Part shown: positions 7,677-15,179 of the stretch, piece after piece
How the letters are laid out: every line of letters begins with the position of its first letter
How positions within the stretch are numbered: position 1 is the first letter of the stretch
Source: an uncultured Alphaproteobacteria bacterium
GTDB taxonomy: Bacteria; Pseudomonadota; Alphaproteobacteria; Rs-D84
DNA length: 64,000 bases
Assembly: GCA_947367055.1 (NCBI GenBank)
Contig: CANBCI010000003.1
Span: forward strand, 92,713 to 156,712
Direction: 5' to 3'
Notes under the pieces: generated by a model
The model's database searches: none
What the model was told of the DNA's origin: nothing
Seen by the model: only the letters and a program-made list of their open reading frames with translations
Made by a program: the position numbers and the translations under genes

Positions 7677-9686
7677 ATGAGAAATAACAGATGCCGGGAT
7701 ACAAGTATTATGGAAACAACATTTCTAACCGAAGATCAAATATGGGGCGATAATGCCCTGCCTGTATTAAAAGAATATGGTGTTGCCGCCGCCCCAACCG
7801 ATTTAGCCGTTATATTAGGCGCAGTACTTGGCGGCAAATCAGTTGACAAAGAAAAACATTTGTCTGGACATTTCTGGTCGGCCTCGTCCGATGAGGGCAG
7901 GCTTGTTCGTTGCGCCGACTATAATGGCGATAGGGATTGGTATTATCCCAAGAATCGCATAGTTGCCGGCCGCCCCGCTTTGCCTAAATCTTCCACATCT
8001 ATAATTCGGTCGAGCGCAGCGAGACCGAATCGCAAAATTGGAAATATTCAAGTAATCGAATACGGCACATATCCACAAACCGCCGCCCCACAAAAAATCG
8101 CTGATGAACTAGAATCCGCCTATAAACGCCACAGTCTGTCCACAACGGGCAATAAATATACGTTTGATACACGTGCCTTGGACGATTATAACAATGGCTT
8201 TTCCGGGGCGGATTATGATGAATATGCGCACAATGGCAAACGATACATCCGCGTCTTGGGAAAACCATACGACGGCGACAGTAAAACCCACGACGGGCGA
8301 CAAATAGAAAAAGACAAGGTTTATTGGGTCGAAGTCCAACCGGTTGAATGGCTGGCCGACAAAAGCGGCGTCTGGGTATCGCGGGAATCGCTGTTTGCGG
8401 GCATTCGTTTCAATCCGCCTGGTGCTTATGACGGCGATTTTTCCAAAACGGAAATGAACCAATACCTGAAAAAATATTTTACACCGCAATTAACGCAAAG
8501 CAACACTTCAATTCACACCGCCACACGTGACGCATCGGCCAAGGAAAAATTTACCCAGGCCGCGAAAAAACTGTCCCATGGCGTCCAGGTAATTGATGAA
8601 CCGATGCCAATCAAAGAACAAATCTCGTTCTATGTAAAAACCGGAAAATCATTTATGCTGCACGGCCCCAGTGGTATCGGTAAAACGGCCCGCGTCGAAG
8701 CAATCGATCCGGATTTGACCGCGGTGCCGTTATGGAACGGCGTTCTGCCCGAAGATATTGTCGGCAAAGTGCGTTACCCGAACGGGAATATTGAATCACT
8801 GATGACGCCGTCGCAAACCGGCGAAGACGCAATTGAAAAACTGAACGGCGGCGGTGTATGGGTGGCGCCGGACTGGTATAATGAACTGACGCGCAAATGC
8901 GCGGCCGAACCGGACAAAACGCACGTCCTGTTTATCGACGAGGTGACCAACGCCAAACCGACAACGCAGTCTCTGATATTCCATATCGTTTTGAAAAAAT
9001 CAATCAGTCCGTCAAAGGGCAAACTGCCTGCAAACGCGGTTGTTGTTCTGGCCGGAAATGACAAAAGCGAATCCGGCGCGGCATACAATATGCCCGCGCC
9101 CCTATTCCGACGCATGTCGGGGCATATCCGTCTGGAATACAATCTGCCGGAATGGTTGGAATGGGCGTCTGAAAAAAGCCGCAAGCATCCCAAAGACCCG
9201 GCCCGCCTGAATGCACACCCGTTGATTGCACAATTCCTGGCGGCCAACCCCCAGGCGTTCTATTCAAATTATAACGAAGAAAACCCCGAACAATGGGCGA
9301 TTGACCCGCGCGGCTGGGAACAAATATCTGACATCATATACGACAACGGCAATACAATCCGGCGTGAACTTATTGAAAACAAAATCGGCCGGGAAAATGC
9401 CGCCGCATTAATGGCCTTTGCGCGCGAACCGATGATTACACTTGACGATGTGGTAAACGGGACATACAACACGGACGACATTCCGCAAAATGCCGACATG
9501 CGCCTGGCGACCACATTGAACTTGCGTTATGCCAACACGCGCCAGGTGAAAATCGTCCGCCAATTCATCCAGCAACACTTGGGGGCGGAAAACTTGGCGA
9601 TATTTGATTCCCTGTGGGTGGGCGATGACCCCGAACGCGCGATTCAAATCACACAAATGCAAAGTTTTATAAAAGAGGGGCGATAA
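7677..9686 (+). CDS. DGR variable protein: N-terminal ligand-binding-like region containing the VR, fused to a MoxR/AAA_5-like ATPase
   Basis: The VR covers aa 65-103. Walker A is GPSGIGKT, Walker B is VLFIDEV, and PLFRRM looks like an Arg-finger region. An alternative start is 7710 (METTF). Confidence 0.85.
   Translation: MRNNRCRDTSIMETTFLTEDQIWGDNALPVLKEYGVAAAPTDLAVILGAVLGGKSVDKEKHLSGHFWSASSDEGRLVRCADYNGDRDWYYPKNRIVAGRPALPKSSTSIIRSSAARPNRKIGNIQVIEYGTYPQTAAPQKIADELESAYKRHSLSTTGNKYTFDTRALDDYNNGFSGADYDEYAHNGKRYIRVLGKPYDGDSKTHDGRQIEKDKVYWVEVQPVEWLADKSGVWVSRESLFAGIRFNPPGAYDGDFSKTEMNQYLKKYFTPQLTQSNTSIHTATRDASAKEKFTQAAKKLSHGVQVIDEPMPIKEQISFYVKTGKSFMLHGPSGIGKTARVEAIDPDLTAVPLWNGVLPEDIVGKVRYPNGNIESLMTPSQTGEDAIEKLNGGGVWVAPDWYNELTRKCAAEPDKTHVLFIDEVTNAKPTTQSLIFHIVLKKSISPSKGKLPANAVVVLAGNDKSESGAAYNMPAPLFRRMSGHIRLEYNLPEWLEWASEKSRKHPKDPARLNAHPLIAQFLAANPQAFYSNYNEENPEQWAIDPRGWEQISDIIYDNGNTIRRELIENKIGRENAAALMAFAREPMITLDDVVNGTYNTDDIPQNADMRLATTLNLRYANTRQVKIVRQFIQQHLGAENLAIFDSLWVGDDPERAIQITQMQSFIKEGR
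7871..7983 (+). repeat. DGR variable repeat (VR)
   Basis: It lies in frame inside 7677-9686 (FWSASSDEGRLVRCADYNGDRDWYYPKNRIVAGRPAL). It ends just after an all-G/C 13-mer, GCCGGCCGCCCCG, followed by CTTTGC. Confidence 0.9.
8004..8030 (+). other. Stem-loop downstream of the VR
   Basis: ATTCGGTC / GACCGAAT forms an 8-bp stem with an 11-nt loop, starting 20 nt after the VR end. It is absent downstream of the TR. Confidence 0.5.
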
Positions 9687-9689
9687 AAC

Positions 9690-10040
9690 ATGACACCTGC
9701 ACAAAACGCAAAACTAACCCAGGTTTTACAGTCAAACGCGACATGGCCGCTGATTATTGTGGGCATGATGGCGGCACGGGCCCCGAATGCAACCGTTATA
9801 CCTGCGACAATTGCCGAACGCGACCTGCATAACGACACAATTCTAATAAAACCCTACATTGTGATTGACGGACTGGACAACATATCCGCCGACGCACAGC
9901 GCAAGTTTGTTCCCCTGCTAAAAGACCGGCGAACCGGAATGCATAAACTGCCGGCGGATGTGCGTATCATTGTCCCGGTGCGTTCGGCCGACAAACTGTC
10001 AAAACAAATAAAAGACCTGGCATTGATATATAATGTTTGA
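9690..10040 (+). CDS. Small protein resembling a Walker-A-less AAA+ core fragment
   Basis: IVIDGLDNISADAQRKFVPLLKDRRTGMHKLPADVRIIVPV resembles the MoxR Walker B to sensor-1 stretch. It is translationally coupled on both sides. Confidence 0.5.
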   Translation: MTPAQNAKLTQVLQSNATWPLIIVGMMAARAPNATVIPATIAERDLHNDTILIKPYIVIDGLDNISADAQRKFVPLLKDRRTGMHKLPADVRIIVPVRSADKLSKQIKDLALIYNV

Positions 10041-11463
10041 CCAACTCAAAGAATATATTTTCAAAGCGTCCGAAGAAAAACTGCGCCAGCAGGAAGAAAT
10101 AGAATACGTGCGCGATCGCGTGTTGGCGAAATTCCCGTTGCTGGGGACAACCATGGCGCGATTGAAAACCGCTCCCGCAAAGGTCATTGATGACGAAACA
10201 ATTGACACCGCCGCAACGGACGGACGAACAGTTTTTTATAATCCGGACTGGTTTATGCCCCTGTCCGACGATGAAAAGGTGTTTGTCTATGCGCACGAGG
10301 TGATGCACGTCGCATTCAACCATATTTTGCGCAGTGGCAACCGCAATCACAAGATATGGAACCAAGCCACCGACGCCGTCATAAATCAAATATTAAAATC
10401 CGAAAGCCTGCCGATGCCGGAAAACGGTGTGGATATAGCCGATGCAATCCAACATTCCGCCGAAGAGATGTATGAAAAATTGTTGCGGGAAAATAAAAAC
10501 AACAAAAACGACAAAAACGAACAGGCCGGCCACGACAACCACAATATTTGGAAAAAGGCACTAGAACGCGCTGAAAAAGAAAAACAGAAACAGAAAAATA
10601 ATAATGGCGCCAGTGGCGACGAAAAAAACGAAAAACAACAAAACCAGGATCAGGGTGGCACCCAAAATCAGGCGCAAAAAAATCAGTCGGAAACGGACAA
10701 AAAAAATTCACCAAACGACAGTGAAAGTGAAAAAAACTTTCCCCAGGAAAATCAGCGCACCCGGGCGCAGCGCGCCGCCCAGGCCCAGCGCGCCTTAAGC
10801 GCCGCAAAAAATCATGCCATGAACCAGGCCGCCCGGGATTCCGTCCAAAATTTCGGTCCGGTCGGCGAATCCGACGCCGTTGTTGATTGGCGCCGGGTGC
10901 TAAAAAAATCACTTGAAGAAGAGCATGACAAATGGTCGTACCGCCGCAGCGACGAAGATAATGATTTTATGGCGCGCGTTGAAGAACTGGACGACGAAGA
11001 ACGTGCCGACACCGAAGTCATGCTGGACACCAGCGGTTCGGTCAGTGAAAGTTTTCTGCGTGAATTCCTGCGTCAATTGAAACCGCTGCTAAAAAACGGC
11101 AACCTGCACGCGGGATGTTTTGATGAACTCTTTTACGGCTTAAATGACATCAAAACCAATGACGACATTGACAACTTTAAAATTATCAGTCAAACCGGCG
11201 GAACACGATTGGATGTGCCGGTCAAATCATTTTCAAAAAAACCAGATATAAATAAAATAATTTTTACCGACGGATATTGCAGTCCACATGCAATGCCTGA
11301 TGCCAGCACACGAAATATAAAAAATTTGATATGGCTGGTCTATGGCAATCGTGATTTTCACCCGATTTGCGGCCGCGTGATACAGATTGACCCCACCACA
11401 ATCCACAACAACTTTACAATGGTGCCACACGCGGCGATTATTGACCCAAGCCATCACCGGTAA
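10033..11463 (+). CDS. DUF2201-type putative metallopeptidase plus VWA-like domain protein
   Basis: It has an HExxH motif (YAHEVMHVAFNH) in the N-terminal half and a MIDAS-like motif (MLDTSGSVS) in the C-terminal half. A K/N/Q/E low-complexity linker joins them. Confidence 0.8.
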   Translation: MFDQLKEYIFKASEEKLRQQEEIEYVRDRVLAKFPLLGTTMARLKTAPAKVIDDETIDTAATDGRTVFYNPDWFMPLSDDEKVFVYAHEVMHVAFNHILRSGNRNHKIWNQATDAVINQILKSESLPMPENGVDIADAIQHSAEEMYEKLLRENKNNKNDKNEQAGHDNHNIWKKALERAEKEKQKQKNNNGASGDEKNEKQQNQDQGGTQNQAQKNQSETDKKNSPNDSESEKNFPQENQRTRAQRAAQAQRALSAAKNHAMNQAARDSVQNFGPVGESDAVVDWRRVLKKSLEEEHDKWSYRRSDEDNDFMARVEELDDEERADTEVMLDTSGSVSESFLREFLRQLKPLLKNGNLHAGCFDELFYGLNDIKTNDDIDNFKIISQTGGTRLDVPVKSFSKKPDINKIIFTDGYCSPHAMPDASTRNIKNLIWLVYGNRDFHPICGRVIQIDPTTIHNNFTMVPHAAIIDPSHHR

Positions 11464-11544
11464 ATCGGACCGGCACTATAAAACAATCTGCGGCCATTTA
11501 TACGACCCAACTATACCAACACCCAAAATAACCAAATAGACTTT

Positions 11545-11886
11545 ATGCGCAATGGCGATGATTTAATTCTGGCGCGGCCGGTGGTGCTGAACAAATGGAC
11601 AGGTAGCAATAAGTATAATACGGGACGCGCGGGCCTGATGACACGGACCGATAATCACAATATGATTGTGCTGGCATTTGCAACTGCCTGGCGTTATCGC
11701 ACGGCATATGAAAAACATGGCGATTTAGAATATGCTATAAAGTCCGAACAAACATCATGGCGCAGTCTGTATCACTACCTGAATCTGGCGTATATGCACC
11801 CTGAAAAAGTGAACAGTATTTTATCCGGCAAAGAGCCATGCAGTACGGCGAAAATCTTTGCAATTGCCCCAAAACACCAAATTTAA
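11545..11886 (+). pseudogene. C-terminal remnant of a serine-recombinase-family protein
   Basis: It has only the tail region (LAFATAWRYR...LNLAYMHPEKVNSILSGKEP) and no catalytic domain. It is a diverged paralogue of 20309-20770. Confidence 0.5.
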
Positions 11887-11976
11887 TTGCTTTTTATCGT
11901 GTTTTGTGGTATAGTAAAAGTGTACTAATTTTAGTCGGCATTGTGCCGACTTTTTTATTTTTCAAAAGGATTTACA

Positions 11977-12981
11977 ATGGCATTAAAAGAATACACCACA
12001 ATGACAACCAAAGATTGGTTGCGGGTCGCCAGCACCGCATACAAGGCATATGTAAAAACAAGAACAGGAAACAATCAAGGCACATCAGATGACGAAGAAA
12101 AATGCGATGGCATAATTCAGGTTGGCGGCTATACCCGTTCCGATGGCGCAAAAGTTGGTGCATATGAAAGAATTTGCCCATATCATTATCAAGGCGGGAA
12201 ACGTCCAAATGAAGAAAACAAAGAGAAAAAATTTTCTTTAACCACAGGAATTTCTTCAAGTAGTAATGCCAACAGCAATGATGTTATAAAACTGAAAACA
12301 TACTTAAACAAAATGAATTATTACAAACCGGAACCGCGCAGTGAAACAGAAGACAAGTTTCACGGGTATCCGAATGACGCCTTGGTGGATGCGATTAAAA
12401 ACTTTCAAAAAGATAATGGATTGATTGCGACCGGTAAAATATTTCCAGGCGACGCGACTGAATCTGCAATAAACAGTAAATTTGAATCGCACGGCGTGAC
12501 ATTTGAATATCCAGTGAATACAAACAAGAATCAAATCGCAATATTTGATGGCAAATCACTGACATTGTATGAAAATGATAAAAAAATAAAATCATGGGAC
12601 GGAATGTCTGGAAAGCCTGATTATCAAGGCAAAGAAAACCAAGGTTTAAAAAATAAAGGCCCATTACCAGAAGGTACATACGTTGCAAGGCAGTCAAAGA
12701 TACAAAATATAGATCTAAAAAATGCTGCTTTGGGTTCGGCAAGCGCTATCGGCATAAAAGCCGGCGGATGGCCAGGTTCTTATTATTCATGGGGCAAGCA
12801 CAGGGTTTGGCTGGAAGCATCACAAGAAACAAACACATACAATCGAAACAAATTTAGCATACATGGCGGTTGGCGCCCAGGTTCTGCAGGCTGTATTGAT
12901 TTGACCGATGGGATAAATACTTTTATTAAAGAATTAGAAAGTACTGGCAAAGACTTGGTTATTAAAGTAAAATACGAATAA
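11977..12981 (+). CDS. Tlde1/DUF2778-like L,D-transpeptidase-fold toxin with a peptidoglycan-binding domain
   Basis: The PG_binding_1-like segment is DALVDAIKNFQKDNGLIATGKI. The C-terminus has GPLPEGTY and HGGWRPGSAGCID (an H...SxGC catalytic motif). Confidence 0.65.
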   Translation: MALKEYTTMTTKDWLRVASTAYKAYVKTRTGNNQGTSDDEEKCDGIIQVGGYTRSDGAKVGAYERICPYHYQGGKRPNEENKEKKFSLTTGISSSSNANSNDVIKLKTYLNKMNYYKPEPRSETEDKFHGYPNDALVDAIKNFQKDNGLIATGKIFPGDATESAINSKFESHGVTFEYPVNTNKNQIAIFDGKSLTLYENDKKIKSWDGMSGKPDYQGKENQGLKNKGPLPEGTYVARQSKIQNIDLKNAALGSASAIGIKAGGWPGSYYSWGKHRVWLEASQETNTYNRNKFSIHGGWRPGSAGCIDLTDGINTFIKELESTGKDLVIKVKYE

Positions 12982-13346
12982 TGAAACGATGGCAAAAGAT
13001 AATTTTCGGCATATTCTTAGCAATACATGCGTTGATTATGTATGCATGCGTTTATGATTATTATGATGCAATTATCAAAAATTGCGCGGGCTGGGGCCCG
13101 GGCTTTGACTGTCCTTGGGGCAGTGAGGCCATGGGGGTTGCGTGGACAGATCCATATGTATACATCTCCATGCTAAGCAGGGATTTTATGATGTCTATTG
13201 TATTTGTTATGTTCTCAATTCTCGCAGTACATAAAAAGAACTATACAATTGCAATCTGGTTCTTAGCATTACCGTTATTGGTAGGTTTTTGTGCTCATAT
13301 TGCAGAGATACCGCTGTCAGCATCGATTATGTTTACACAGACATAA
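12981..13346 (+). CDS. Multi-pass membrane protein, candidate cognate immunity protein
   Basis: TAATG start/stop overlap with the toxin gene. It has 3-4 hydrophobic helices. Confidence 0.5.
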   Translation: MKRWQKIIFGIFLAIHALIMYACVYDYYDAIIKNCAGWGPGFDCPWGSEAMGVAWTDPYVYISMLSRDFMMSIVFVMFSILAVHKKNYTIAIWFLALPLLVGFCAHIAEIPLSASIMFTQT

Positions 13347-14101
13347 ATTGTCTTATAAATGGTAAAAACAGGTATCGGCATGAAAAAATATGTTCATATT
13401 ATATTGGCATGTGTTGCGGCGATTGCATTTTGTGCTTTTATGATATTTTTTTTGGGATTTGGCTCTTTTTAACCGAGTCGGCAAGATGTGTAGCATCTGG
13501 GAAAATATATTTTACGAATATGGCAGAAGCGAAAACCGTATGGCTGTATTGATGGCTGATATGGATATTTTGGGTGTTTTTGGCTCTTTACTGATATTCG
13601 AAATTCCAATGTTGGAACTGTTTATGCGATATAAATATTGGATAATGTTAATACCTGTTATTGGCTTCATCTTATTTTTGTTTATTGCGCCAATAACTTT
13701 ATGTCCGGTGTAATACGGATGATATTAGAACACATGTTGTTTTAGGCTTTCCACTGCCAAGGCGAAAAAGGCCAATGTATAGAAAGTGGTTTTTATTTGC
13801 CAATTTTTGAAATTTCGCGATATACCGCGGATGAGTTATAAATAAAAAGCCCCGATTGCCCGGGGCCTTGCGCGTTATATGTTTGTATATTTAAAATATA
13901 ACTGATTCCTGGCGGAGGTAGATAATTATACGGTCTATTGCACACAACAACAGGGAATTTAATTCAAAATCTATCTTTTCTATTGATTTTTTAGCCAATT
14001 TTTGATATAATCTTCGTTAAGATAAGCAGGCGATTTTGTCGCCGTTTTTTATTGCTCTGCCCGATGTCGGCGGGGCTTTTTTATTACCCAAAGGAATAAC
14101 C

Positions 14102-14752
14102 ATGAAAAAGTCACACATTGTCATTTCCGACATAACATGCATGAAAGAAAAGTTCTGCATTGCCGGTTTTGACACGTATGAAAAGCGTATGAAACGTCTA
14201 ATGATTGACGGTGGATATTGGGATGCGAATCAAATTCCGGCCACATATTGCGAAATACTTGTTGATAACGAAGAATTCAAGGAGCCACGTGATTACCCAC
14301 ACCGAACCGAAGATGTAAATATAGATTTTGATTCAATTGAAGTTTTGCAAGAATTTGAACCAGGAAAAGATCTGGCAAATGCTTTGCGCGATAGCGTTTC
14401 AAAAGATATCCAGGGCATATTCCATCATCAGGTCAAAGAAGATACCTATGTGCCACAGAAAACCAAATGCCCTTCGTTGGGCGCCATATTGATTCCGGCA
14501 CACAATATTGAATTCTTTACAGAAGACGGCAAATTACGCGCCCGTATTACAGACTATTCCAAACAAACATATGAATTAAAGGTCAGTTGCAAATACCTGC
14601 GTGATATATTCGAAAAAGACAAAGATGTCACAGGTTTGAACAATGCTGTTGCCGCCAGCCAGTATGCCCACTGTCGCATAGGATTGGCACGAAAGTTTCT
14701 TATGCGGGAAAATCATTGCTATTTGATGTTAAACGGGCTATTTTTGTATTGA
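14102..14752 (+). CDS. Hypothetical protein (216 aa)
   Basis: An AAAGGA SD is present. The stop lies 1 nt from the DUF488 start. No family was recognised with confidence. Confidence 0.6.
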   Translation: MKKSHIVISDITCMKEKFCIAGFDTYEKRMKRLMIDGGYWDANQIPATYCEILVDNEEFKEPRDYPHRTEDVNIDFDSIEVLQEFEPGKDLANALRDSVSKDIQGIFHHQVKEDTYVPQKTKCPSLGAILIPAHNIEFFTEDGKLRARITDYSKQTYELKVSCKYLRDIFEKDKDVTGLNNAVAASQYAHCRIGLARKFLMRENHCYLMLNGLFLY

Positions 14753-14753
14753 T

Positions 14754-15179
14754 ATGACAAAGATTTTTACGATTGGTTTTAGTGGTAAAAGTCCTGACGC
14801 GTTTCTGGATGTGCTAAACGCGGTGCGTGTGCGTGCTGTTTGGGACATACGCCTGTGGCGAACAAGCATATACGTGCCATTCTACAGTGGCGACAGTTTG
14901 GCGGGTGTGCTGGGGAAGCGGTACGAATATCACCCAGAATTCGCCCCAAGCACCGAAATCCTTGCCGGTTACAAAGATGGCCGCATAACCTGGCCTGATT
15001 ATGAGCGTATGTACCATGAATTGCTGACCACACGCCATCCGACCGCAGGAATGACACCGGACGCGCTTGACCGCATTTGCCTGCTATGCACTGAAAAATC
15101 CGCCACACAATGCCACCGACGCATTGCTACCGAATACATTGCAGCACAATTTTCTGATATTGAAATTGTGGATTTATAA
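14754..15179 (+). CDS. DUF488-family protein
   Basis: The signature reads IFTIGFSGKS...VWDIRLWRTS...LLCTEKSATQCHRRIATEYI. Confidence 0.8.
   Translation: MTKIFTIGFSGKSPDAFLDVLNAVRVRAVWDIRLWRTSIYVPFYSGDSLAGVLGKRYEYHPEFAPSTEILAGYKDGRITWPDYERMYHELLTTRHPTAGMTPDALDRICLLCTEKSATQCHRRIATEYIAAQFSDIEIVDL

Noticed and set aside
10379-10912. 177-aa minus-strand ORF rich in Arg/Pro/Phe
   Set aside because: It is the antisense reading of the low-complexity K/N/Q/E linker of the VWA protein, a compositional artefact.
13380-13713. Small hydrophobic ORFs (30 aa at 13380-13472; 84 aa at 13459-13713) downstream of the putative immunity gene
   Set aside because: They might be additional small membrane or immunity peptides. 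Their start sites are ambiguous, their SDs are weak and nothing shows conservation, so I did not call them.
13848-13870. GCCCCG-ATTGCC-CGGGGC hairpin with an upstream A-run (a minus-strand terminator shape)
   Set aside because: No minus-strand gene reads into it, so it may be a relic. It is not reported as a feature.
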